Positions 18,882 through 28,763 of a stretch of DNA of 64,000 nt are shown piece by piece (the stretch's first letter is position 1; the number at the start of each line of letters is the position of its first letter). The position numbers and the translations under genes were made by a program. The notes under the pieces were generated by a model. The model was not told the DNA's origin, did no database searches, and was given only the letters and a program-made list of their open reading frames with translations. Source of the stretch: Candidatus Latescibacterota bacterium (GTDB lineage Bacteria; Latescibacterota; CBDEFO01). Where the stretch lies: contig OZ252149.1 in assembly GCA_965248755.1 (NCBI GenBank), positions 1,152,001 through 1,216,000 on the forward strand, written 5' to 3'.

Positions 18882-19577
18882 ATGAAAACATTATTAATCA
18901 TTGTTTCTGTTCTGTTGACTTTCAACTCTGCCTGGGCTGGTACGATTGTGGGAAGCGTCACGTTCAGCGGCGAACTTCCGAAAGCCCAGACGGTAAAGGC
19001 TGACAAGGATCAGTTCTGCATGGATCATTTCGGCACGCAGGCATCAGAGAATCTTCTGGTAGACAAGGAGTGCAAGGGTATAAAGAACATAGTGATCTAT
19101 GTGGAAGGCGTCGAAGGCGCGTTCGAGCCCCCCGAGGACGAAGAAGGGCCCACGCTCGATCAGAGAAACTGTCAGTATCATCCTCACGTGCTTCCTGTAC
19201 TGGCAGGGACAATAGTCAATATACATACGAGTGACCCTGTTAACCACAATGTCCGCGCGAACGCCGAAGAGAACGAGGCCATAAACTGGGCGATGCCCGA
19301 AAAGGACATGTCTTTACCCTATGAGGTTTACGAGCCTGAGACGATCAAGCTTGCGTGTGACATCCACAAGTGGATGAACGCCTACATTGTAGTCCTTGAG
19401 AACCCCTATTTTGCCATATCAAATGATAAAGGGGCGTTCAAGATAGCCGACGTTCCAGAAGGGAGCTATAAGCTCACAGCCTGGCACGAAGAGCTGGGTA
19501 CAATATCCAAGGATGCGACCGTCCCTGCGACGGGCGAGGTAAAAATGGACTTCAGCTTTTCTCCCAAGAAGAAGTAG
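18882..19577 (+). CDS. periplasmic cupredoxin-like protein (carboxypeptidase-regulatory-like domain family)
   Basis: Signal peptide (AWA); DQRNCQYHPHV, HNV, CDIHKWM. Confidence 0.8.
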   Translation: MKTLLIIVSVLLTFNSAWAGTIVGSVTFSGELPKAQTVKADKDQFCMDHFGTQASENLLVDKECKGIKNIVIYVEGVEGAFEPPEDEEGPTLDQRNCQYHPHVLPVLAGTIVNIHTSDPVNHNVRANAEENEAINWAMPEKDMSLPYEVYEPETIKLACDIHKWMNAYIVVLENPYFAISNDKGAFKIADVPEGSYKLTAWHEELGTISKDATVPATGEVKMDFSFSPKKK

Positions 19578-19727
19578 AAAAACGAGGAACGCGACTTTGT
19601 ATTCCCGTCACTGAAAGGCACAAGCTTCATAGTTTTCTCAGGGGGAAGTAACTTTGCTCGTACATCTTCAGCCTCCACACTATTTGTATCCCTGTCAACT
19701 CAAAAAGTAAGCCGAGGATATGCACAG

Positions 19728-20846
19728 ATGAGAGGACCTCTTAAATTGCTATCTTCCACAATCTTTATACTCTTTGCCTGCGCTTCCGCAGACAAGGGCA
19801 TCCCTCGGGTCTCTGATGAGTTGGGCAGGGGTGTGAAAAGGAGCGTGGAAACCTTTGTGAAGGCGGGAGAGGATATTTTCAAGGGCAAGTGTGCAAATTG
19901 CCACTACATCGGTCCAAAAGCAGATACAAGGTGTCCCGACCTTGAGAACGTAGGTTCTAATGCGGCGACGAGAAAGCCCGGAATGACGGCTAAGGAGTAC
20001 TTCATAGAATCTCTCTACAGGCCCGAAGCTTACGTTGTGAAGGGCTATCCGAACATTATGCCTCCTGTATGGAAGCCACCTATTGCGCTCTCAAATTTAG
20101 AGACTGCGAAAGTGATAGCCTTCCTTCAAAGTCAGGGAGGCGAAGTAGACATAACTCCGTTCGAACCTCCTGTGGACACAAAAAGGGCCGCTCTTGTACT
20201 CGCTGCTCTTGAAAGGAATATCACGGGCGACCCCAAAAGGGGTGAAAAGATCTTTAAGGAGACGATGGGGTGTCTGGCGTGTCATGGGGTCAAAGGCGAG
20301 GGCGGACAGGGCGGGCAAGGGGTTGACAAGAGCGGAGTTGGTCCCGACCTTACGAACATCGGGGCCATAAACACGATAGATTACATCGAAGAGTCGATTT
20401 TGTATCCCAACGCCCAGATAGTTAAAGGCTTCGGAGCGGTGTACTTGAGATCGGATAAGGAAGGAAGGCTCGAAGGGATCTTGTTAGATGAAGACAAAGA
20501 GAGCGTGACCCTGAAGATAGGTGAGGAGATAAAGAAGGTGTTAAAGTCTGACATTAAGGTGAGTAGGACCCGAAGAAAGAAGGATATGCTCAAAGGTGGC
20601 TATTTCTGGGTGAGTGCAGAGATGAAGGACGGGACGACCCTGGAGGGCTCTTTGATCGCTGAGGACGATGATACTCTTACGATAGAAGACAGAGAGGAAC
20701 CCAGGACAATCGCCAAAGACAGCATAGGTAAACTTTCGGGAAGGAGGATGAGAGTCCGCTCAAAGATGCCGGGCAACTACGGCAATCTCCTGTATACGGT
20801 CGATTTCAACCATCTTCTGGCGTATCTTGTAAGTCTGAAGGAATAG
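19728..20846 (+). CDS. diheme cytochrome c lipoprotein
   Basis: Lipobox LFAC; CANCH and CLACH; distal-Met-type motifs IMPP and KMPGNY. Confidence 0.85.
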   Translation: MRGPLKLLSSTIFILFACASADKGIPRVSDELGRGVKRSVETFVKAGEDIFKGKCANCHYIGPKADTRCPDLENVGSNAATRKPGMTAKEYFIESLYRPEAYVVKGYPNIMPPVWKPPIALSNLETAKVIAFLQSQGGEVDITPFEPPVDTKRAALVLAALERNITGDPKRGEKIFKETMGCLACHGVKGEGGQGGQGVDKSGVGPDLTNIGAINTIDYIEESILYPNAQIVKGFGAVYLRSDKEGRLEGILLDEDKESVTLKIGEEIKKVLKSDIKVSRTRRKKDMLKGGYFWVSAEMKDGTTLEGSLIAEDDDTLTIEDREEPRTIAKDSIGKLSGRRMRVRSKMPGNYGNLLYTVDFNHLLAYLVSLKE

Positions 20847-20963
20847 AAACAATGCTGTGAAGCTTTCGCCATTGCCTCGAAAAAAGTCTTGCTTTATGCC
20901 CCATTCTTGATTATCTTTTTCATGCTATTATTAGGAATAATTCTCATTCATATTACTACCATT

Positions 20964-21287
20964 ATGAGAAATTCAATTTACTTTAGGCCCACAGAGATCT
21001 CCACTAAGACCAGTTTCCTTTCCCAAGGATTTTCCGTACCAAGAGTGCTCTGTGCTATCGTGCTCCTCATGCTAATCGCGCCTGCTGTTGCGGATGCGTG
21101 TGAGATGTGCAAGACTGCTATTCCCACCGAAGGAGACTCCGAGAGCGCGGCTGAGCTTTCCCGAGGGTTCTACTGGAGCATCCTTGTGATGATGTTCTCT
21201 CCTTTTGTGTTGGTCGGCGCTGTCGGACTGCTCGTGTTCAACGCCTATCGCCAGCAGAAGAAAAAAGATCATCCCAATTCACCGTAG
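20964..21287 (+). CDS. small membrane protein with CxxC (ACEMCK)
   Basis: Signal-like helix ending ADA-CEMCK, then one TM helix; start uncertain. Confidence 0.6.
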   Translation: MRNSIYFRPTEISTKTSFLSQGFSVPRVLCAIVLLMLIAPAVADACEMCKTAIPTEGDSESAAELSRGFYWSILVMMFSPFVLVGAVGLLVFNAYRQQKKKDHPNSP

Positions 21288-21327
21288 AGTTACCTTTTGT
21301 AACCCGCTTCCTCCTGGGAGGTTCTCA

Positions 21328-22053
21328 ATGAAACTTCGAAAACTGCTATCTCTTTCTGCAATCGTCCTTCTGGCTCTTACCCTCGAAGAAGCCCTTGCAG
21401 GCGGTGGCAACATCACCGGTAAAGTGGCATTTGACGGAAAGGTTCTGAGGAGAAGGAAAATAAAGATGGACGCAGATGCTGTCTGCGCTGCCAAACACAC
21501 CGAACCGTCTCTAAGTGAGAGGGTCATTGTCAATGAGGACAGCACCCTCCGAAATGTCTTTGTCTATGTCAGGGAGGGACTCGAAAGTGGGGGATTTGAT
21601 CCTCCAGAAGAGCCGGTCGTTCTGGATCAAAATGGCTGTATGTACATTCCTCATATAGTTGGGATTCAGGTGGGACAGCCTTTAAAGATACTCAACAGCG
21701 ACGGCATCCTCCATAATATCCATTGCATGCCCGAGGAGAACGACGAATTTAACATATCGATGCCAAAACAGTTGAAGGAAATGGTAAAGGAGTTTGAGTT
21801 CGAAGAGGTCATGATGCCCGTAAAGTGCGATGTTCATCCCTGGATGAACGCCTACATCGGCGTCCTTGAACACCCCTTCTACTGTGTTACCGGAGAAAAA
21901 GGAACCTTCCAGTTGAACTCCCTTCCGCCTGGGGAATACGTTATCGAAGCCTGGCACGAGGTCTTCGGAACCCGGACCCAGACTGTGAAAGTGGGAGCAG
22001 GGGAGACCAAGACTATCGACTTCACCTTTATACCTCCGAGCAGATCTAAGTAA
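21328..22053 (+). CDS. second periplasmic cupredoxin-like protein
   Basis: Signal peptide (ALA); DQNGCMYIPH, HNIH, CDVHPWM; paralog of 18882..19577; SD GGAGG. Confidence 0.8.
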   Translation: MKLRKLLSLSAIVLLALTLEEALAGGGNITGKVAFDGKVLRRRKIKMDADAVCAAKHTEPSLSERVIVNEDSTLRNVFVYVREGLESGGFDPPEEPVVLDQNGCMYIPHIVGIQVGQPLKILNSDGILHNIHCMPEENDEFNISMPKQLKEMVKEFEFEEVMMPVKCDVHPWMNAYIGVLEHPFYCVTGEKGTFQLNSLPPGEYVIEAWHEVFGTRTQTVKVGAGETKTIDFTFIPPSRSK

Positions 22054-22149
22054 GAGTCACACCCGAAATCTATCTCTCTTCCCCCAAGAAAGTTTTTCGA
22101 TACTTTTCGGGACTCTTCACAACAGTCTTGCGTACGGAGAAGGCCGAAG

Positions 22150-22995
22150 ATGAATCTGCGTACTTTGATTAAGTTGCTAATCTTGACAGTCCTTGCGATC
22201 CTCTCCTCAGGATCTGCCCCTGCGTTTGCCATTGATTCTCGGTTATTTAGCTGGAGTTTTCCGGAAGATGTCTCGCTCCACGGTTCAAAGATCGACTCTT
22301 TGTACTTTTTTATCCTCGTGGTTACAGGCTTTGTGTTCCTAATCACTGAGGGTCTCCTGATTTACTTTATGATCCGTTATCGCCGTCGGGAGGGCCGCAC
22401 AGCCGTCCATTCTCACGGTAATCTCCGTCTTGAATTCGTCTGGACTATAGTCCCGACAATCTTTTTTGTCGGTTTGGGGATCTACAGTAACACGATCTGG
22501 TCAGATCTTCGCTATAATATTCCCGAAGATACGTTCGACATAGAAGTTGTTGCGGAGCAATTCGCTTGGAACTTTAGATACTCTGGGCCGGATGGGAAGT
22601 TCGGCAGACGCGATCCAAAACTGATAACCTCCGACAACCCGCTCGGAATTGACGGGAGCGACCCTGTCTCTGCGGACGATCTGACAACGATTAACATTCT
22701 CCATATTCCTGCCAACCGAAACGTTCGCTTCCTTTTGCAGTCCAAAGATGTCATCCACAGCTTCTTTCTGCCTCACTTCCGCATCAAGCACGATGTTCTC
22801 CCGGGGATGATTTCTCCCAACGTCTGGGTGGTGGCGACCCAAACTGGAACTTGGGAGATCGCCTGCGCCGAGCTTTGTGGTCTTGGGCACTACAGAATGA
22901 GAGGTTTCATAACTGTCCAGACACCCGATGAATTTCAGACATGGCTTGACGAATTACTTGAGGAAAAACTGGATGAAGAGGAATATTATTATTAA
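22150..22995 (+). CDS. coxB: cytochrome c oxidase subunit II
   Basis: Two TM helices, QFAWNFRY, DVIHSF, CuA motif CAELCGLGHYRM. Confidence 0.95.
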   Translation: MNLRTLIKLLILTVLAILSSGSAPAFAIDSRLFSWSFPEDVSLHGSKIDSLYFFILVVTGFVFLITEGLLIYFMIRYRRREGRTAVHSHGNLRLEFVWTIVPTIFFVGLGIYSNTIWSDLRYNIPEDTFDIEVVAEQFAWNFRYSGPDGKFGRRDPKLITSDNPLGIDGSDPVSADDLTTINILHIPANRNVRFLLQSKDVIHSFFLPHFRIKHDVLPGMISPNVWVVATQTGTWEIACAELCGLGHYRMRGFITVQTPDEFQTWLDELLEEKLDEEEYYY

Positions 22996-23036
22996 GAATA
23001 ACCTCGTTAATAAGACTATTATTCAGGGGATGATGT

Positions 23037-24848
23037 ATGAACGATAATAAGGGCGCTGAGATGGCCGGCCACGATGTTCATCACAAACTGAGCTTCTTTA
23101 GAAAATATATCTGGTCCACCGATCACAAGGTTATCGCCAAGCAGTTCCTCTTTAGCAGCCTCTTTTTCTTCGTTGTGGGTGGTCTATTAGCTTTGGGCGT
23201 TCGCTGGCAGCTTGCCTATCCAGGAGAAAGTATGCCCTTCGGATATTTGCTGCCGGACAGCATGGTCCAGACAATCGTAAACGAAGAGACCGGCCAGACG
23301 CAGTACCTGCTCCTGCCGGAGGGCTATAACAACCTCTTCACGATGCACGCCTCGATTATGATCTTCTTTGTGATTATCCCTCTTCTGGCTGGTTTTTTTG
23401 CAAACTTCCTGATTCCCCTGCAGATCGGCTACCGTGATATGGCGTTTCCCACACTCAACGCCATCTCCTACTGGTTGTTCTGGCCTGCGGGGATCATCGT
23501 ATTATCCAGCTTCTGGGCAGAAGGAGGGCCAGCCGGCGCCGGCTGGACATCATATCCGCCCCTTGCTGCTACACTGCCAGGCAACGGAACGAACTTGTGG
23601 CTCATCGGAGTCGGTCTTGTGGGGATGTCGTCCGTAGTCGGGGGGATGAACTATGTCACGACCATCCTAAATTTGAGGGCGCCTGGGATGTCGATGCTGC
23701 GCCTTCCTCTTTCGATCTGGTCTCTCTTTATAACGGCAATTCTCCAGGTCTTAGCAACACCCATCTTGACCGCTGGCGTGATAATGTTGTTTTTTGATCG
23801 GGTCCTCGGAACCAGCTTCTTCCTGCCGAAAGGTCTTATGATTGGGGGAACGCTGCTGGAGAAGGGCGCAGGAGGACAACCGCTCCTATTTCAGCATATA
23901 TTCTGGTTCTACTCCCACCCTGCGGTCTATGTTATGATTCTACCGGCTATGGGCATAGTCTCGGACATAATCTCGACCTTTGCCCGCAAGCCCATCTTCG
24001 GGTATAAAGCGATGGTCTTCTCTTTGATTTCGATCTCGGGTTTGGGCTTCATCGTCTGGGGACATCACATGTTCCAGAGCGGGATGAACCCTGTCTTGGG
24101 CACAACCTTTATGATCTCCACCATGGTAATCGCCGTTCCGTCGTCCGTCAAGACGTTCAATTGGCTCGGAACGCTTTGGGGCGCATCCATTTGGTTTACT
24201 ACACCGATGTGCTTTGCCATAGCGTTTGTAGCCCACTTCATCATCGGCGGCTTAAGCGGTATCTTTATGGCATCCACGCCGGTTGACATCTTCATTCATG
24301 ACACCTACTTCATCGTCGCCCATATCCACTATGTCGTCTTCACGGGAAGCGTGATGGCGATCTTCGCCGGAATCTACTTCTGGTTTCCCAAGATATTCGG
24401 ACGCTTGATGAACGAACGCTGGGGTAAAGTCCACTTCTGGTTGACTTTCATCAGTATGAATGGCGTCTTCTTCCCAATGCACATGGCGGGAGCCGGCGGA
24501 ATGATGCGAAGAATATACGACCCCACTTTTTACGAATTCCTCCAGCCCCTTCAACCGTTAAATGTCTTTATGACGATCAGCAGCATCGTGCTCGGAATTG
24601 CTCAAATCCCCTTCTTTATCAACTTCTTCTACTCTCTTTACAGAGGGAAGGTGTCGGACAAGAACCCCTGGCGGGCGAACACGCTCGAATGGATCTGTCC
24701 CTCTCCTCCGGGGCACGGGAACTTTGATACGATCCCTACGGTCTATCGGGGTCCACATGAGTACAGTTCACCCCAGGTCGAGGAAGATTGGCTGCTTCAA
24801 TCCCGCAATCTTGAAGAGGTCCCCGCAGGGGGCGATGGTGGAAAGTAG
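23037..24848 (+). CDS. coxA: cytochrome c oxidase subunit I, type A2
   Basis: STDHK, TMHA, WFYSHPAVY (YS motif), VWGHHM, HDTYFIVAHIHY, MMRRIY. Confidence 0.97.
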   Translation: MNDNKGAEMAGHDVHHKLSFFRKYIWSTDHKVIAKQFLFSSLFFFVVGGLLALGVRWQLAYPGESMPFGYLLPDSMVQTIVNEETGQTQYLLLPEGYNNLFTMHASIMIFFVIIPLLAGFFANFLIPLQIGYRDMAFPTLNAISYWLFWPAGIIVLSSFWAEGGPAGAGWTSYPPLAATLPGNGTNLWLIGVGLVGMSSVVGGMNYVTTILNLRAPGMSMLRLPLSIWSLFITAILQVLATPILTAGVIMLFFDRVLGTSFFLPKGLMIGGTLLEKGAGGQPLLFQHIFWFYSHPAVYVMILPAMGIVSDIISTFARKPIFGYKAMVFSLISISGLGFIVWGHHMFQSGMNPVLGTTFMISTMVIAVPSSVKTFNWLGTLWGASIWFTTPMCFAIAFVAHFIIGGLSGIFMASTPVDIFIHDTYFIVAHIHYVVFTGSVMAIFAGIYFWFPKIFGRLMNERWGKVHFWLTFISMNGVFFPMHMAGAGGMMRRIYDPTFYEFLQPLQPLNVFMTISSIVLGIAQIPFFINFFYSLYRGKVSDKNPWRANTLEWICPSPPGHGNFDTIPTVYRGPHEYSSPQVEEDWLLQSRNLEEVPAGGDGGK

Positions 24849-25833
24849 AAACACATTTGAAGTGAGCAGGTCAACGGATAATCTGTGGCTCCATCGGTTT
24901 GCCGTGCTTACAGCAGTGGGGACGTTCGTGTTGATCATCGCGGGCGGTCTGGTCACCAGCACCGGCTCCGGCCTTTCAGTGCCTGATTGGCCGCTTTCGT
25001 ATGGTCAGCTCTTCCCTCCCATGGTCGGAGGGATATTTTATGAACATGGACATCGCATGATCGCAATGTCTGTAGGTTTTTTGACGCTGATCCTTTCTTT
25101 TTGGCTCTGGTTCAAGGAACCCCGCCGCTGGGTTCGTTCTCTGGGAATGGGAGCGCTGGCAACTATCGTTGTTCAGGGAGTCTTGGGAGGGTTAACTGTT
25201 ATCTACCGACTCCCGACTTTCATTTCGGTGACTCACGCCTGCTTGGCTCAGGCCTTCTTTGGTATCACCGTCAGCCTGGCTCTTTTCACTTCATCCGAAT
25301 GGAAGCGTGGTGCGAGCGGTCCTAATTGTCCGAATAAACTTGAAGATAGAGGCATTCCCTCCTTACGATCCCTTTCTCTTACAACTACCGCATTTATCTA
25401 TCTTCAGCTTTTGTTGGGTGCCCTTGTGCGACACACAGGATCGGGACTTGCTATTCCTGACTTTCCCCTTTCTTTCGGCCGCCTGGTTCCTCCGATCTTC
25501 TCCCTTTTAGACGAATACCGGACAGGAATCCTCATCCACTTTGCCCATAGGGTAGGAGCGGGGGTCGTGACGATAGGAGGCCTGTGGACAGTAACAAAGA
25601 TCATCAGGGACTATAAAGATCAAGTCAGACTTTTAGTTCCATCGCTCCTTATGGCGGGGCTTTTGGTCATTCAGATCCTCCTTGGGGCGTTCGTCATCTG
25701 GACGGCCAAAGAGGTCTATCTGACGACTGCCCACGTAGGAGTCGGCGCCCTCGTTTTGGCCTCAAGCCTGACCCTTACGCTAATATCCTACCAGATGCTG
25801 GGCATTCCTGAGAGAACCTTGGAGACGCGGTAA
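24835..25833 (+). CDS. ctaA: heme A synthase (COX15/CtaA)
   Basis: GGLVTSTGSGL..PDWP, EHGHR, HACL, HFAHR, TAHV; ATG 24835 overlaps coxA end. Confidence 0.9.
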   Translation: MVESRNTFEVSRSTDNLWLHRFAVLTAVGTFVLIIAGGLVTSTGSGLSVPDWPLSYGQLFPPMVGGIFYEHGHRMIAMSVGFLTLILSFWLWFKEPRRWVRSLGMGALATIVVQGVLGGLTVIYRLPTFISVTHACLAQAFFGITVSLALFTSSEWKRGASGPNCPNKLEDRGIPSLRSLSLTTTAFIYLQLLLGALVRHTGSGLAIPDFPLSFGRLVPPIFSLLDEYRTGILIHFAHRVGAGVVTIGGLWTVTKIIRDYKDQVRLLVPSLLMAGLLVIQILLGAFVIWTAKEVYLTTAHVGVGALVLASSLTLTLISYQMLGIPERTLETR

Positions 25834-25835
25834 AG

Positions 25836-26831
25836 ATGCAGAAAGAGGATACATATACTCTCGATCTATCATCAGACGGTCCTTTGGGCAAAGATAGCGT
25901 CCCAAGCCTAAGAAACTCCAATGTTTCTTTAGCTGCAAGAGGGGAATTTAGACTATCCGACGATGTCCTCAAGAAAATATCGGATTACCTTCAGCTTGTA
26001 AAACCCCGGATTACGTCGTTTGTTCTTTTGACCACTCTGTCTGGATTCTATCTCGGGTCCACAGGTGCCCTTGACATCTTTCTTCTGCTCCACGCGCTTG
26101 CTGGGGCGGCATTGGTAGCAGGGGGAGCCGCTGCATTGAACCAGTTCCTTGAGCGCGAGTTCGATTCACAGATGCAGCGCACGAAAGATCGTCCTCTTCC
26201 ATCTGGGCGCTTGCAGCCGGAGGAAGCCCTGCGCTTCGGCGTTGCCCTATCTGTCACAGGGGTTATATACCTTGCCATTCTGGTCAATCTTACCACCAGC
26301 TTGCTTTCTGTAGTCACCATCTCGAGCTATCTGTTCTTGTACACTCCTCTGAAAAGAAAGACGTCCTTGAATACACTGATAGGGGCAATTCCAGGGTCGA
26401 TTCCCTCCATAGGGGGTTGGGCAGCAGCAAGGGGCGAGATCAATTCTGAGGCTTGGATGCTCTTTATGATCCTCTTCTTTTGGCAATTTCCTCATTTCCT
26501 CTCAATCGCCTGGATCTACAGGGACGATTATGCAAAAGCTGGCTGCAGGATGCTGCCTTTTTTTGATCCTGATGGAAAAAGTACGGGGCGACAGGCCGCC
26601 TTATATTGCCTTGTCCTGATGTCTTTCAGCCTAATCCCCGCCTTTCTGGGTATGGCAGGTGTGCTCTATTTCTTTGTGGCACTCTGTCTGAGTCTCTTAC
26701 TTTTGGGATTCAGCCTGTGTTTTGCCCTCTTCAGAACCGAGGCGTATGCCCGAATGCTTATGTTAGCTTCACTGATCTATCTTCCTTTATTGTTTACAGT
26801 TATGATATTTGACAAGGTTCCTTTATCGTGA
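25836..26831 (+). CDS. cyoE: heme O synthase (protoheme IX farnesyltransferase)
   Basis: LVKPR, NQFLEREFDSQMQRTKDRPLPSGR, YTPLKRKT, WQFPHF. Confidence 0.95.
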   Translation: MQKEDTYTLDLSSDGPLGKDSVPSLRNSNVSLAARGEFRLSDDVLKKISDYLQLVKPRITSFVLLTTLSGFYLGSTGALDIFLLLHALAGAALVAGGAAALNQFLEREFDSQMQRTKDRPLPSGRLQPEEALRFGVALSVTGVIYLAILVNLTTSLLSVVTISSYLFLYTPLKRKTSLNTLIGAIPGSIPSIGGWAAARGEINSEAWMLFMILFFWQFPHFLSIAWIYRDDYAKAGCRMLPFFDPDGKSTGRQAALYCLVLMSFSLIPAFLGMAGVLYFFVALCLSLLLLGFSLCFALFRTEAYARMLMLASLIYLPLLFTVMIFDKVPLS

Positions 26832-26855
26832 ATATAAAACAAGGAGAACCATAAA

Positions 26856-27464
26856 ATGGCAGAAGCAATACCGTTGCCACCTGCCTCTGAGACGAGCCTC
26901 GGTCTGGAGACCAAGAAGTTAGGGATGTGGGTATTTCTGGGCTCAGAGGTCATGTTTTTTACGGGTTTGATCGGATCTTACATTGTGCTCCGATTCGGAA
27001 GCCTTAGCTGGCCCGACAGTCCCCTTTGGGCAACCCCCGATGATATCCTTAACGTACCGCTTACTGCTCTTAACACCTTTATCCTGATCTGCAGCAGTGT
27101 GACCATGGTAAAGGCGTTTGCGGCAATTGGGAACGATGATCAAAGAGGGCTCAAGAAATACCTTGTGGGAACCGTGATCCTGGGGGCGATATTCTTGAGC
27201 ATACAGGCTTACGAATACAGTGAATTAATCCACGGGGGGCTTCTTATCAGCGGCACCCTTTTCGGGGCCTGTTTCTTCACCTTGACGGGCTTCCACGGCG
27301 CCCACGTTACCATAGGAGTCCTTTGTATGATCTTTGTCATGGTAAAGGCGTTCCGCGGCGGCTATTCGCAGGAGGATCACACCGGCGTTGAGATAATTGG
27401 GCTGTACTGGCACTTTGTGGATCTTGTTTGGATTATACTCTTTACCATCGTCTATCTGATATGA
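26856..27464 (+). CDS. coxC: cytochrome c oxidase subunit III
   Basis: GMWVFLGSEVMFF, NTFILICSS, LTGFHGAHV, YWHFVDLVW. Confidence 0.95.
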   Translation: MAEAIPLPPASETSLGLETKKLGMWVFLGSEVMFFTGLIGSYIVLRFGSLSWPDSPLWATPDDILNVPLTALNTFILICSSVTMVKAFAAIGNDDQRGLKKYLVGTVILGAIFLSIQAYEYSELIHGGLLISGTLFGACFFTLTGFHGAHVTIGVLCMIFVMVKAFRGGYSQEDHTGVEIIGLYWHFVDLVWIILFTIVYLI

Positions 27465-27673
27465 TGTTCTAGAAACTTACACTCAAGTTAGCCTGTAGGA
27501 TATCGGAAGGATTAAAAGAACTTTGGATTTTGGAAGAAAATGAAAATATCCTAAATTACAATTTGAGGTTTCACGTATAGTAGTGCATAAGCGATGTACT
27601 TCGCAAAATATTCTGATTTGGGACTATGGAGGAAGTAGTTCAGTGATCTTAAGTTAGGAGACATTTCGGCTAA

Positions 27674-27892
27674 ATGGAGAAAATATTAACTCAACATCCT
27701 GAAGGAAAGAAGTGAGTGAATATCAGCAAAGCGAAGTATAAAGTTATCCGAGAATCAATAGTCGAAACCTTAAAATCGAAAGAATTAACTTTTACTTCAT
27801 TATCAAAAGCTGTTGAAAAGAACTTAAAGGATGGATTCGAAGGTTCGATATCTTGGTATGACGCAGTGGCTGAGAAGGATGGCTGTGCATAG
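27674..27892 (+). pseudogene. remnant of small hypothetical gene (DUF6958-like from memory), internal TGA at 27713
   Basis: MEKILTQHPEGKK*VNISKAKYKVIRESI...LTFTSL...FEGSISWY then diverges; AT-rich insert between coxC and subunit IV. Confidence 0.5.
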
Positions 27893-28130
27893 AATTTCCG
27901 ATGGCAAAGACTACAGAGAGATATTCAGCAAACGATCAGACGTTTATGTGTCAGTTTCGTCGCAATGTCCTGGTGGATAGCCCCCGGGGGTTGTGCAGGC
28001 ACTTTAAACAAAGAGAGGTCAAAATAGGGCAGAGAAAGCCCCGAAGAAAACATCGACTTGATGTGTTTCAGCGACAATTATCCAATGGTAATCTGGTTGC
28101 ATCCATGTAACTTGATAAGGAGAAAGCCTC

Positions 28131-28424
28131 ATGAACGATTCTCACAAAGAGCAGGACAATTACATGGCCGTGTGGGTGTGGCTTACGGTGCTTACAGTGA
28201 GTGAAGTGCTGGGCGCCATGTATCTACCCATTCCTAAATTCTACATGGCTTTGTTTCTGTTGGCTTTTGCTCTCACTAAGGCACTGTTAGTTGCCCTCTA
28301 CTATATGCACTTGAAGTTTGAAAGGCGCAGGCTCATCCTGATCGCTGCCGTTCCCCTGCCTTTAACTGTTCTATTAGCCATTGTCGGAGTCTTAGAAACA
28401 CATCTGCATCGCACACTCTTTTAA
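28131..28424 (+). CDS. cytochrome c oxidase subunit IV family protein
   Basis: YMAVWVWLTVLTVSE, KALLVALYYMHLKFE; SD AAGGAG. Confidence 0.9.
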   Translation: MNDSHKEQDNYMAVWVWLTVLTVSEVLGAMYLPIPKFYMALFLLAFALTKALLVALYYMHLKFERRRLILIAAVPLPLTVLLAIVGVLETHLHRTLF

Positions 28425-28440
28425 CGCCCATCGCCGAGAC

Positions 28441-28608
28441 AGAATTGCGGTTGTCCCCGATTGAATCTATCGGGCATTGCTTCGCTTAACATTCCCTTCG
28501 CGTTCGGCTTCGGCTTGCAATGACTGAATGCCGTAGCCCAGCAATGTCATCGCGATATGTGAGACCTCGACCCCGAAGGAGATGCGAGGCGTAGTAAAAC
28601 TCATAGGC
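28441..28608. repeat. composite repeat (palindromic core, GCAATGAC, 39-bp block); related copy 33841-33967
   Basis: TGTCCCCGATTGAATCTATCGGG...GCAATGAC...ACCCCGAAGGAGATGCGAGGCG...CTCAT. Confidence 0.65.
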
Positions 28609-28763
28609 GATCTTCAATAGCAGTGGGCACTATAGCGTTGCTGCCACCTCTTTTTGCAAGGGGTGCACAGTGTCAGCGATCCACAAGTGGGTAACGTGGC
28701 CACTTTACTGGGAGGCGGGAAGCCGCGAGATGGAGAAGTGCGCGCAGAACTTTTTGGGGAAAA

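Noticed and set aside
24598..24834. Long N-terminal extension of ctaA (similar cases at 18810, 21205, 37138, 50128, 50537, 56519)
   Set aside because: These extensions overlap neighbouring genes or repeats; downstream ATGs fit SD positions or family starts better.
27713..27715. In-frame TGA as selenocysteine or an alternative genetic code
   Set aside because: Not in a Cys/redox context (likely GGA to TGA), the gene also decays downstream, and TGA ends many intact genes in the window.
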